64,000 nucleotides of DNA, taken from Sedimentisphaerales bacterium. Lineage in GTDB: Bacteria > Planctomycetota > Phycisphaerae > Sedimentisphaerales > SM23-30. The notes below the pieces were generated by a model that did not search any database, was not told where the DNA came from, and worked only from the letters and a program-made list of their open reading frames with translations. The stretch covers positions 192,001 to 256,000 of the forward strand of contig CAXXMR010000012.1 of NCBI GenBank assembly GCA_963663805.2, written 5' to 3'. The position numbers were made by a program, and so were the translations under genes. Each line of letters opens with the position of its first letter. Positions within the stretch are counted from its first letter, which is position 1. Below, in pieces: positions 21,517 through 31,025 of this stretch.

Positions 21517-21555
21517 GCGGGGCCGTTGAATAAAACCCTCGACCAAAGGCCGAAT
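21496..21555 (+). repeat. REP-like hairpin type A (CAGAGCCGCGCACGTAAGTAAGCGG) followed by TCGACC-AAA-GGCCGA hairpin
   Basis: Near-identical copies at 27704, 30289 and 30850. Confidence 0.8.
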
Positions 21556-21622
21556 CAAGCTAAAAAAACACTCTCACGTTCAAATATTCAAGGAGCCACA
21601 AACTTTTGACGCTGGCGTCTTT
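21553..21622 (+). repeat. ~70-bp direct repeat, copy 1 (downstream of uvrA)
   Basis: AATCAAGCTAAAAAAACACTC...TTTTGACGCTGGCGTCTTT matches 24677-24747 with few differences. Confidence 0.85.
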
Positions 21623-21676
21623 CTTATGTCTTAATAAAAAAATCGGGTAATCCGCGGCTAAAAATATTTTTCCGTT

Positions 21677-24487
21677 TTACAATCCCAGTTTAGACCGCAA
21701 AAACTGACCCGTATAACTCTCCGGAATTTCTGCGATTTCCTCCGGCGAACCCGACGCTACAATCGTCCCGCCCCCCTGGCCGCCTTCGGGGCCCAGGTCG
21801 ATGATATAATCCGCCATCTTGATAACATCCAGATTATGCTCAATAACCACCACCGTATTACCCATATCTGCCAGACGGTCCAGAACCCCCAGCAGATTAT
21901 GAATATCCGCGAAATGCAAACCCGTGGTCGGCTCATCCAGAATATAAAATGTCTGACCCGTAGTATTCTTGCCCAGTTCGCTCGCCAGCTTCACCCGCTG
22001 GGCTTCACCACCCGAAAGCGTCGTCGATGCCTGACCCAGCGTCATATACCCTAAGCCGACATCATACAGTGTTTGCAGCAGTTGCTTGATTTTCGGAAAG
22101 TTCTCAAAAAACGTCAACGCTTCCTCAACCGGCAAATCCAACACGTTCGCGATATTCAGCCCCCGATATTTAATCTCCAGAGTCTCCCGATTATACCGGG
22201 ACCCTTTGCACTGCTCGCACACCACATAAACATCCGGCAGAAAATGCATCTCAATCTTTTTCGTACCCTGTCCCTGGCAATGTTCGCACCTGCCCCCCTT
22301 GACATTAAAACTGAACCGACCCGGCGAATACCCCCGAATCTTAGCCTCACGAGTCTTACTGAAAAGCTGACGTATCAAATCAAAAACGCCCGTATAGGTC
22401 GCCGGATTACTACGCGGCGTCCGACCGATAGGGCTCTGGTCAATCTGAATAACCTTGTCTATTCTAGTCGTACCCAATAGCTTGCTGTGTTTGCCCGGTT
22501 TCTCCCGCGAGTTATAAAGCTTTCGTCGTAACGCCGGCAGCAGAACCTGCCGCACCAGCGAACTCTTGCCCGACCCGCTCACCCCCGTCACACAGGTAAA
22601 AGTCCCCAACGGAAAAGCTACATCGATATCCTTGAGATTATTCTGAACCGCCCCGCGTATCTCCACACAGTATTTCAGATTGACCTTCCGACGCTTCTCC
22701 GGCAGTTTTATCTGTCGTTCCCCCGAAAGATATTTGCCCGTCAGCGACTTCTCCGCCGCCATAATATCCTTAACTGTCCCCTGAGCGATAATCTGTCCCC
22801 CATTTTTACCCGCCGCCGGACCTACATCGATAATATGGTCCGCCGCAAACATCGTATCTTCGTCATGCTCCACCACAATAACCGTATTGCCCAAATCCGT
22901 TAGTCGCCGAAGCGTCGTAATCAGCTTCTGATTGTCCCGATGATGCAGCCCAATAGATGGCTCATCCAAAACATAACCAACCCCCACCAACGCCGAACCC
23001 ACCTGAGTCGCCAGCCGAATCCGCTGAGCTTCACCGCCCGAAAGCGTCGCGCTCATCCGGTCCAGCGTAAGGTAATCCAAACCGACATTCGACATGAATT
23101 CCAAACGATGCCGCAGCTCCTTCAAAATCAACCGGGCAATCTGCTTGTCTTCCTCTGACAGCTCCAGCCCCTCAAAAAACTGACGAGCCTGAGCGATACT
23201 CATCTGCGTGACCTGGCTGATATTCTGCCCGTTGATATAAACCGCCAGCGACTCTTCCCGCAAACGCAAACCGCCGCACTGCCGACACGATTGCTCCGAC
23301 ATATAACTGTGCAGCCGCTGCTTTACAAAATCACTGTCGGTACTCTTGAACCTGCGAATCAGATTATTCAGCACCCCTTCAAATGCCGGCCCGTCCCCGT
23401 AATCGTCGTTCGTCCCGTACATCAATATTTTCTGCACGCTTTTCGGAATATTCTTATAGGGCGTATCAGGGCTGATGTCATAATTCCGACAAAACTGGCG
23501 AATCAGCCGGTTATAAAAAATATTCATCCGCTTGCCCCCCCGCCGCCACGCGTCAATTGCTCCTTCGCTCAGAGATACCGAGGTGTCCGGCACTATCAGT
23601 TCCGCGTCAAACTCCAGAATCGTGCCCAGCCCGTCACAGCTCCGACAAGCCCCATAAGGACTGTTAAAACTAAAGCAACGCGGCGATAATTCCGGCATCG
23701 AAACTTCCGGATGATCCAGGCAAGCGTAATTCTCACTAAAGAAATGTTCCTGCCATTTCCCTGCCTCGTCTTCACGCAAAATCATCACCAGCCCCTGCCC
23801 CAGCTTCAGAGCAATCTCAATCGAATCCGCCAGCCGACTCCGAATCGCCGGCTTGGTCACCAGCCGGTCAATCACCGCTTCGATACTGTGCAGCTTCCGC
23901 CGGTCCAGCTCCGGGGCATCCTTGATTTCGTACATCTTGCCGTCAACCCGCACCCGCACGAAACCCTCCCGCTGAATCATCCGTAAAACTTCCGAATGTT
24001 CACCTTTTTGGCCGCGTATCACCGGCGCACAAACCTGTACCCGCGTGCCTTCACCATATCCCAGCAAAGCATCCACAATCTGCTCCGAATGTTGCGTTAC
24101 AATCGGTTTATTGCATATATAACAATGAGGCTTGCCCACCCGCGCAAACAAAAGACGCAAATAATCATATATCTCTGTGGTAGTCGCCACCGTCGAACGC
24201 GGATTATGACCGCCGCTCCGCTGCTCAATCGCGATGGTAGGCGGCAGCCCTTCGATGCTGTCCACGTCCGGCTTCTGCATCTGCTCCAGAAACTGCCGAG
24301 CATAAGCCGACAGCGACTCCACATATTTCCGCTGACCTTCGGCATAGACCGTATCGAAGGCCAGCGAACTCTTGCCCGACCCGCTCAGCCCCGTAATAAC
24401 CACCAGTTCATCACGAGGAATCTCTAAGTCGATGCCTTTGAGGTTATGTTCCCGCGCCCCGCGTATCGTTATGTACTTCTGAGTCAT
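21677..24487 (-). CDS. uvrA: Excinuclease ABC subunit A
   Basis: [23 protein letters not shown], two LSGGEAQR signatures, Zn fingers, YTGQFL; start MTQKYITI (alternative 24499). Confidence 0.97.
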   Translation of the reverse strand: MTQKYITIRGAREHNLKGIDLEIPRDELVVITGLSGSGKSSLAFDTVYAEGQRKYVESLSAYARQFLEQMQKPDVDSIEGLPPTIAIEQRSGGHNPRSTVATTTEIYDYLRLLFARVGKPHCYICNKPIVTQHSEQIVDALLGYGEGTRVQVCAPVIRGQKGEHSEVLRMIQREGFVRVRVDGKMYEIKDAPELDRRKLHSIEAVIDRLVTKPAIRSRLADSIEIALKLGQGLVMILREDEAGKWQEHFFSENYACLDHPEVSMPELSPRCFSFNSPYGACRSCDGLGTILEFDAELIVPDTSVSLSEGAIDAWRRGGKRMNIFYNRLIRQFCRNYDISPDTPYKNIPKSVQKILMYGTNDDYGDGPAFEGVLNNLIRRFKSTDSDFVKQRLHSYMSEQSCRQCGGLRLREESLAVYINGQNISQVTQMSIAQARQFFEGLELSEEDKQIARLILKELRHRLEFMSNVGLDYLTLDRMSATLSGGEAQRIRLATQVGSALVGVGYVLDEPSIGLHHRDNQKLITTLRRLTDLGNTVIVVEHDEDTMFAADHIIDVGPAAGKNGGQIIAQGTVKDIMAAEKSLTGKYLSGERQIKLPEKRRKVNLKYCVEIRGAVQNNLKDIDVAFPLGTFTCVTGVSGSGKSSLVRQVLLPALRRKLYNSREKPGKHSKLLGTTRIDKVIQIDQSPIGRTPRSNPATYTGVFDLIRQLFSKTREAKIRGYSPGRFSFNVKGGRCEHCQGQGTKKIEMHFLPDVYVVCEQCKGSRYNRETLEIKYRGLNIANVLDLPVEEALTFFENFPKIKQLLQTLYDVGLGYMTLGQASTTLSGGEAQRVKLASELGKNTTGQTFYILDEPTTGLHFADIHNLLGVLDRLADMGNTVVVIEHNLDVIKMADYIIDLGPEGGQGGGTIVASGSPEEIAEIPESYTGQFLRSKLGL

Positions 24488-24676
24488 AAATCCACTCATA
24501 AATCCAGTACTGCCTGCCAGAGTGAGTTCCCCATACCCACTATACTTCCCGCTGCCGCCGAAAGATTCGGTCCATTCTAACACAAGCCCCGCGCAGGAAG
24601 CAACCCAAAGATTTTACCCACCCCTCAAAACATAAAGGGGGCAAACCTCTTTTTTGATGGAACCGCCCAAAGCCCA

Positions 24677-24747
24677 AATCAAGCTAAAAAAAACACTCGC
24701 ACGCTCAAATATTCAAGGAGCGACAAACTTTTGACGCTGGCGTCTTT
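24677..24747 (+). repeat. ~70-bp direct repeat, copy 2 (upstream of uvrA)
   Basis: See copy at 21553-21622. Confidence 0.85.
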
Positions 24748-24783
24748 TTTGACATAAACCCCCTTCAGCCCCCAAAAAAGCGC

Positions 24784-24828
24784 AAAAAAAATGGCGAAGC
24801 AGAACGGGAGGGGTCGCCCTGCTTCACC
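24784..24828 (-). terminator. Rho-independent terminator
   Basis: GGTGAAGCAGGGCG...CGTTCTGCTTCGCC followed by ATTTTTTTT. Confidence 0.75.
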
Positions 24829-24885
24829 TACAAAGGAGGAGAAAAGAGAATATCGTTAAGTCCTCCAAATCATTTATTCATATCT
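24784..24885 (-). ncRNA. Candidate ~100-nt small RNA with anti-Shine-Dalgarno tract and intrinsic terminator
   Basis: Own promoter (24892-24920), no meaningful ORF, UCUCCUCCUUU tract, strong stem followed by U8. Confidence 0.5.
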
Positions 24886-24891
24886 GCCAAT

Positions 24892-24920
24892 ATAATAGCA
24901 TATCAAATACAGTCGGCCAA
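24892..24920 (-). promoter_or_regulatory. sigma70-type promoter with extended -10
   Basis: TTGGCC-N17-TATTAT, with TG one base upstream of the -10. Confidence 0.5.
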
Positions 24921-25091
24921 GTGAAAAAATTAAATATTGATAGAAAAAGTTGAATATTTCCGCAATACACTCTTGCAACCTAACCCGAAAAAACTCACAA
25001 ACAGCTCAAATTAAAGACTTTACAATTTTAACTCGTGTTATCGGAACAAGTGACGTTATTTCTTTCACACCGTCTTTCACTGCACAAACAT

Positions 25092-26504
25092 TTATTTCTT
25101 GCCAATGAAATTAAGAAATCTGTCCAGATTAAACGTCGGTACGCCCAACGCCGCGCCCTCCGCACGGGCCGCCTGATACTTCCCCAAGGTGTCCTGCTGC
25201 TGATTACCCGCCTGGTTGTTAGCCACTCCATAGTCATCAGCCACCTGCTGGACCGCCGCCGGAGCTTCACCAACCACAAAGAAATCGGTATCTACCGAAA
25301 CGCTGTCCGTTACTACACCGCCCCATTCTTCAATCATCTTGGCAATTTTTTCTCTGCCCTGAGCATCGGGTGTGCCATTGCCGTCCAGGTCAAACTCGCC
25401 CACAACGCAGAAATGATATTTCTTGTCTGCCGCCCAGACCAGGCTCGCAATCAAATCCTGTTCCATAATCGGGTCAGTTTCATCAAAACGAGTTATCCGA
25501 CATTTGCTGATGGTATCCAAAATCTCAATAACTTCCAGCGTCGCTTTGCCAAAACCACCCTTGGGCATTGGGTCATAACGGTCATAAACCGAGAATGTCA
25601 AACCACGATAAATATGGTCCGCCTTACCCAGATTGATATACGCCAGCTTGTCACGAGGAACAACCTGAACCACATAACCATCCGGCTTCAGGGCCTCAAT
25701 CTCCATCTCCGGGCTGGGCCGATACTGCTGAAGCTCTTTCTCATAAATGTCTTTCTGCTCTTTTAGCGTCGCACAATCTTTACGCATCGCTTCAAGGGCG
25801 TCCGCAAAATCACGAGATTCCCGCTGAGATTGAGTAATCTGCTTTTCCAGCTCATCAATCGTGTTTTCATAACGCTGAGACTGGTCCTGAGCCAAACCTT
25901 TATAGCCCTTTTCGGAGGTCTGGGCAGCCTGGGCAGCCTTGCTCAGGGCATCATCCTTCTCCGAAAGCTGCTTGTTCAGAGTATCAAGCTGTTCCTGATG
26001 CTCTATATTCTGCTGAGAAAGCGTCATTTCCGCTTCAATAAAACGGTTCGCCCACAATTCACGCTCAGTAATAAGGGATTCCATGATGGCCGCCAGACCT
26101 CTGCCCGCCTCAGCCTCATCGACATTGGTCAGTACATTCGGAAGCTGCTCATAAACATCTGCCAAACGCTTTTCAGCCGTCAGACGAATCCCCGCCAGCG
26201 GCGTACTTTTGATATCCTCGCCAGCCACTGCCACACCCAAAGCACGCATATCGTCCGTAATCCGTTTAATCGCGGTTACTTGAACAGAAGAACCAGATTT
26301 CTTCACCAGCGGCTTGAGCTGATTAACTTCCATAGAGCTGGCAATCTGGGCCAAATTATCTTGGGCGTCATCTGCCTGCTTCTTATATTCCTCATTTTTC
26401 ATAAAGAACATAACCGCGAACACCGCCGCAGCCACGAAAAGAACTACAAAAATTATCATGGCTATTACAGCGGAGCGTTTGTCGTCGGAACTGGCTCTTG
26501 GCAT
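25092..26504 (-). CDS. Membrane-anchored coiled-coil protein with C-terminal BRCT-like domain
   Basis: N-terminal TM helix, long heptad region, beta-rich domain, then IEEWGGVV...DTDFFVVG...GAALGVPTFNLDRFLNFIG; AGGAG RBS. Confidence 0.65.
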   Translation of the reverse strand: MPRASSDDKRSAVIAMIIFVVLFVAAAVFAVMFFMKNEEYKKQADDAQDNLAQIASSMEVNQLKPLVKKSGSSVQVTAIKRITDDMRALGVAVAGEDIKSTPLAGIRLTAEKRLADVYEQLPNVLTNVDEAEAGRGLAAIMESLITERELWANRFIEAEMTLSQQNIEHQEQLDTLNKQLSEKDDALSKAAQAAQTSEKGYKGLAQDQSQRYENTIDELEKQITQSQRESRDFADALEAMRKDCATLKEQKDIYEKELQQYRPSPEMEIEALKPDGYVVQVVPRDKLAYINLGKADHIYRGLTFSVYDRYDPMPKGGFGKATLEVIEILDTISKCRITRFDETDPIMEQDLIASLVWAADKKYHFCVVGEFDLDGNGTPDAQGREKIAKMIEEWGGVVTDSVSVDTDFFVVGEAPAAVQQVADDYGVANNQAGNQQQDTLGKYQAARAEGAALGVPTFNLDRFLNFIGKK

Positions 26505-26660
26505 CGTAAACTCCTAAGAGAACATAAGTTATAACTAATTCGGCCCCAACCGTTCACGCCGCGGACATATAATACTTCGGTGGGCTTCCACAGGCCCAAT
26601 AATATCACCGCAAAGACCCACAAGGTCAATAAAAAAAGCCGCCCCCCAGCTTAATCTCCA

Positions 26661-26767
26661 CCCCAACCCCAACAGAAGCCGAGCCGCGTGAGCGGCCGAA
26701 TGAGACCACGCTCACCCTACCTTTACCCCCCAAACGCTCGCGGCGATCAATCAGTGCGATACGCACC
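26661..26767 (+). repeat. ~105-bp composite repeat (type B hairpin + C-rich spacer + GTGCG-ATA-CGCAC hairpin), copy A
   Basis: Near-identical inverted copy at 39201-39305 and partial copy at 40494-40533. Confidence 0.9.
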
Positions 26768-27673
26768 CTTAAAAAACTCAATCGTATCAGCCAGTCCCCC
26801 ATCAAAATCACCGCTAGGCCGAAAACCCGTTCCCCGCAGCTTATCCACATTCGCCAGCGAGTGTTTCACATCGCCTGCCCGCACCGGCCCATGCTCGACC
26901 TGCGATTTCGAACCCGTCAAAGCGATAATCTTCCTCGCCAGCCCCTCAACCGTCAGTGATTGACCATAAGCCACATTAAACACCCCGCACTCAGACGATT
27001 CCGTCGCCATATAAGCGTTCGCCGCCACAATATCCTTTACATAGATAAAGTCGCGCGTCTGCTGCCCATCACCAAAAATCGTAATCGTCTCATCCCGCAA
27101 CGCTTTATGAATAAAAATCGGCACCGCCGCCGCGTATTGACTGCCCGGATCCTGACGCGGCCCAAAAACATTGAAATATCTCAGACACGCCGTCGCCAGC
27201 CAGCCTTCAGAGGCGAACATCCCGCAATAATATTCCCCATCCAGCTTTGTCACCGCGTACGGGCTTTTCGGTTCCGGAAACATACTCTCCAGCTTCGGCA
27301 CCGTCGGATTATCACCATAGATCGCCGCCGACGTACTGAAGCATAATTTCTTCACTCCCGCGTCCGCCGCCGCCCGCAGCACATTAAGTGTCCCGCTCGC
27401 GTTAATATCAACACACTCGACCGGCTTTTCCATCGACTCCGGCACACTTATCATCGCCGCCAGATGAAATACATAATCTATCCCCTTCATCGCCTTCGCT
27501 AACGCCTCCGTATCGGTAATCGACCCTTCGATAAACTCCACATCAAAAGGCGACAGATTCTCCCGAAACCCCGACCGCAGATTATCCAGCACCCGCACAT
27601 TACCCTTTGCTACGAAATGCTCAACGATATGACTGCCAATAAAACCCGCCCCGCCGGTCACCAAAATATTCAT
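26747..27673 (-). CDS. NAD-dependent UDP-glucose/UDP-GlcNAc 4-epimerase family protein
   Basis: VTGGAGFIGSH, SPYAVTK, LRYFNVFGPRQ, GDGQQTRDF. Confidence 0.9.
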   Translation of the reverse strand: MNILVTGGAGFIGSHIVEHFVAKGNVRVLDNLRSGFRENLSPFDVEFIEGSITDTEALAKAMKGIDYVFHLAAMISVPESMEKPVECVDINASGTLNVLRAAADAGVKKLCFSTSAAIYGDNPTVPKLESMFPEPKSPYAVTKLDGEYYCGMFASEGWLATACLRYFNVFGPRQDPGSQYAAAVPIFIHKALRDETITIFGDGQQTRDFIYVKDIVAANAYMATESSECGVFNVAYGQSLTVEGLARKIIALTGSKSQVEHGPVRAGDVKHSLANVDKLRGTGFRPSGDFDGGLADTIEFFKGAYRTD

Positions 27674-27703
27674 CTAAATAATTCCTTATCACTTTTGCCT
27701 TGT

Positions 27704-27815
27704 CAGAGCCGCGCACGTCAGTAAGCGGTCGCCGTTGCCGTTAAATAAAAACCTCGACCAAAGGTCGAAACCATGCCGTTCACTCTTGCCTCATCCCTAA
27801 TGCCTCATGCCTTCT
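27704..27815 (+). repeat. REP type A + TCGACC-AAA-GGTCGA hairpin + TGCCTCA-like heptamer run
   Basis: Same module order as 30289-30435. Confidence 0.8.
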
Positions 27816-27817
27816 TC

Positions 27818-30190
27818 CTAACTATTCTCCACACTCCGCCGCAGCTCCCGACAGCATTCATAGAACCGCTGCGTATCCATCCGTTTCAAAAACACCAGCC
27901 CCCGCGTCGCCCGAATCAGCGGACTGTTATGGTCATTAAACCATTCCCGGCCCAGACAGGTCTTGATCTTCTGATATTGACCAACCTGAATCTGCTGAGC
28001 CAGTTGCGAGAAAGGCCCGTCATACTCATAGCTCGGAAAAGACGCATTACGCTGCGACATAAAAGCGTTCATAAACGCCTCGTGCATCGTCGAGAACATG
28101 CACAAACTCACCGGAACATAAACATCCGCGTCCGCCGGATTAAACCGATACCATACATTCCGATACCCCCATATCTCCAAGTCACTCCGACCGCCCTGCT
28201 CCTCATGAACCCGCAACGCCGCCGCCAATGCCTGCAATACCTTATAATGCGTGTCGGGCCCCGAAGCTTCCGGGTCCAAAGCGACCGTCAGAACATCAGG
28301 CCGAACACGGTTCATCGCACTAACGATCGGCGGCACATCCTGTTCCATCGTCGGGTCTTTCGTGAATATATCACCCGTATAGAACCCCAGCCGCAAATGC
28401 ATCACATTATCGCACTTCCACCCATAATAACCCCACAGACATTCCGCTTCCCATTCCCGGCACATACCCTTGAGCTGCTGAATATAATGAGGGTCATGCT
28501 TACCCGGATACTGGCTCTCAAAATAATTTTCCAGTTCCGCGATTCGCTCTTCCAGATTCTCCAGCCACGTATCCTCAAACGTCTCTATCAGATTCCGCAA
28601 CAAACGACGCGCACAGCCCTCAGCCTTGACCTTCTCGTCCTGACCAGCCACCCCGTCCAGATACTGCCAGATGTCACGATTACGCGTCATCGAGTCGCCC
28701 GGCGAAAAATAGCCTTCTTCAAAAAGACTGCGAAAATCAGGCTCCTTCAAAAACCCTCGCAGGCTCGACAACTGCTCCTTCATGAAATCATTCGTCACCG
28801 AAGTAAAACCGCTCGTCAGAGTCATAAAATGATGACTGTTGCTCGACTGACGAAAACTCCGCACCACCTGCGCAAAATAGCCCAGCATAACATCATCATG
28901 ATGAGGCTCCGTATGCAGAAACGTCTTGTTTTCCAACCGCTCCATGCCCCGCGCGATTTTCCTGACGATACTGTCTCTCGTCATGCCCGCCAGTTCACCC
29001 AGACTCTCAGCCCGCCGCTTTAACAGCAGCCCTGCTAATTTGTCAGATTGGCAATCCTTCTCACGCAAATCCACCAGACGCTTGCCCGTCGCAGCCGACA
29101 AATCAATCAAAATCCGCTGAGCGTCTTCATCGCTGACGGCCTCTGATGTCTCCAGCACATGCAGCCGACGCCGACCAAGCTGACCCGCCGCCCCACGCGT
29201 GATATAAAACCGAGCGTTGGGAAGCTCCTGCAAAGATGACGCCGGAACCCGAATATTAGAATTACTCTCTATCGCCTTAGCTACCAGTGCCGCCTTGGCT
29301 TCACCTGCCGCGATAACCAAAGCCACACAATCAGGATTACGCGTAATGGTCCGCAGCCCGATGGTAATGGTATGGCACTTCTTCGCGATCTCAATCCCGC
29401 CCAAATCAGTCGCCGCCGCGGCCTGAGTCTCATAGTTAATCGGGCATAACCGCGTCGTCGAATGATGGTCCGAACCATAAATATTAAAACCGATATGTCC
29501 GTCCGGCCCAATCCCGCCCAGAAAGAAACCTATCCCACCTAACTGCTTGATTTGCTCCTCGTAGTTCATGCACCACTGGTCAACGCTTTCCAGAACCGCC
29601 TTCTGACGCTCTTCCTGATGACCACGCGCCTGACGATAACGCAGACTCAGGTCAACATGATTGTCAGGCCAAACCTCGGCTATCTTCTCGCCCGGTTTGA
29701 GACCAATTTGCGCACAGTCAATCAGCAGGGCTTTTTGAGGGTCAAGCCCGAAACCGCCCACATAAAATTTCTGAACATAAAAGTTAAAACTGTTCTGTTG
29801 ATTCGGGCTGATAGGATAAAACTCATCTATCTGCACAAAATACAGACTTTTCATATCCGGTTTAACCGTCGGGTCAATCCCCGCCGCTTCCAGCTCCGCT
29901 TTGACATCAGCCTGTTCCCATCCCCGCACAATTCGCTGTACCCATTTAATAAAATGTTCCGGCGTTTTCCCCGTCGGCAGAGAAATTACCCCGCCCGGAT
30001 TCTGCTGAACCCATTCGATAAAACGCATCGCCGCCAGCTTGCCCAGCTCCGGAAAATGTACCACTACGATAGTAGGTATCTTTTCTTCAGGCCCAAAAAT
30101 CGCCGGAAAGGCCGATTCTTCCAAAGCGCGAGTCTCAACTGCCGAAAGCACCGAAGGTTTTTGACGAATCCTGGGCATCATCATCTCCAA
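27818..30190 (-). CDS. nagB: Glucosamine-6-phosphate deaminase fused to PIG-L/LmbE-type deacetylase-like domain (start may be a downstream ATG)
   Basis: LPTGKTP, QIDEFYP, GGIGPDGHIGFN; C-terminal EPHHDDVMLG, LGFYTG, GPDTH, WGYRNVW. Confidence 0.8.
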   Translation of the reverse strand: MEMMMPRIRQKPSVLSAVETRALEESAFPAIFGPEEKIPTIVVVHFPELGKLAAMRFIEWVQQNPGGVISLPTGKTPEHFIKWVQRIVRGWEQADVKAELEAAGIDPTVKPDMKSLYFVQIDEFYPISPNQQNSFNFYVQKFYVGGFGLDPQKALLIDCAQIGLKPGEKIAEVWPDNHVDLSLRYRQARGHQEERQKAVLESVDQWCMNYEEQIKQLGGIGFFLGGIGPDGHIGFNIYGSDHHSTTRLCPINYETQAAAATDLGGIEIAKKCHTITIGLRTITRNPDCVALVIAAGEAKAALVAKAIESNSNIRVPASSLQELPNARFYITRGAAGQLGRRRLHVLETSEAVSDEDAQRILIDLSAATGKRLVDLREKDCQSDKLAGLLLKRRAESLGELAGMTRDSIVRKIARGMERLENKTFLHTEPHHDDVMLGYFAQVVRSFRQSSNSHHFMTLTSGFTSVTNDFMKEQLSSLRGFLKEPDFRSLFEEGYFSPGDSMTRNRDIWQYLDGVAGQDEKVKAEGCARRLLRNLIETFEDTWLENLEERIAELENYFESQYPGKHDPHYIQQLKGMCREWEAECLWGYYGWKCDNVMHLRLGFYTGDIFTKDPTMEQDVPPIVSAMNRVRPDVLTVALDPEASGPDTHYKVLQALAAALRVHEEQGGRSDLEIWGYRNVWYRFNPADADVYVPVSLCMFSTMHEAFMNAFMSQRNASFPSYEYDGPFSQLAQQIQVGQYQKIKTCLGREWFNDHNSPLIRATRGLVFLKRMDTQRFYECCRELRRSVENS

Positions 30191-30288
30191 ATTGTGTACG
30201 TGACCAAAAAAATCTAAATATCAGTATTACGACCTTTAGAAGTTATCGTTAATAAAAAATCCCCAAATTACCAACTAACACACTGTTT

Positions 30289-30435
30289 CAGAGCCGCGCA
30301 CGTCAGTAAGCGGTATTTGTCGGCCATCAAAATAGGAGGTGTCCGGTATCCCTTCCGTTAAATAAAAAACTCTCGGCCAAAGGCCGAAACCAAGCCGTTA
30401 CCCTCTTGCCTCTTGCCTAATCCCTCATGCCTTCT
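30289..30435 (+). repeat. REP type A + hairpin + TGCCTCT heptamer run
   Basis: Matches 27704-27815, with an extra ~40-nt spacer. Confidence 0.8.
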
Positions 30436-30849
30436 TCACTTTACAAAACTATACTATATCACCTTTTCTTTGCAATTTTTGACGAAAAAGTACTATATAG
30501 TACAGTCCACCTTCACCAAAAACGTGAAAAAACGCAAAAAAACGTCCAAAAAAACGTAAAAACTACCCAAAAACCTCAAAAAACCTATCCAAAAACACCC
30601 AAAAACTACATATCCAATCGTTACAATCCCTACAAACTACCTATTTTAACGCAAAACTCGCCGCGTTTTGGTGGCGACCCTTCACCGCAATTCTGACGCA
30701 CATTTGAACCACTTTAGCGGTGTGATAAATTGACTTCCATAGATAAAAGTAATATCTTAATGAAAATAGGTAACTTTTTGTATCCCTGCTAACTTGATAG
30801 CCATTAGTCTCTTACAAATGAAATTTTGCGCAAAATGGCAACAATTTAC

Positions 30850-30990
30850 CAGAGCCGCGTACGGAAGTAAGCGGTGCCGTTAAAAATCCGCGTAATCCGT
30901 GTAATCCGTGGCTAAATATTGTCGTTGTTGTTATTTTGAATTTTGTGTTTAGAATTTGGTTCGGATTTAGAATTTAGAGCTTAGGGTTTC
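30850..30990 (+). repeat. REP type A variant + AATCCGTGT nonamer run + TTTAGAA heptamer run
   Basis: CAGAGCCGCGTACGGAAGTAAGCGG, then AATCCGCGTAATCCGTGTAATCCGTGGCTA (similar at 21640-21665), then TTTAGAATTT repeats. Confidence 0.75.
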
Positions 30991-31025
30991 CAGTTTATCT
31001 GGCTTATAGAGTATAATCAGTTGAT

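Noticed and set aside
27773..29023. 416-aa antisense ORF and other long shadow ORFs (e.g. 9537-10352, 6604-7401)
   Set aside because: They overlap well-supported genes on the opposite strand and lack protein-family features.
30427..30696. 89-aa Lys-rich ORF
   Set aside because: It is a translation of phased A-tracts that starts within a repeat, with no RBS or recognisable domain.
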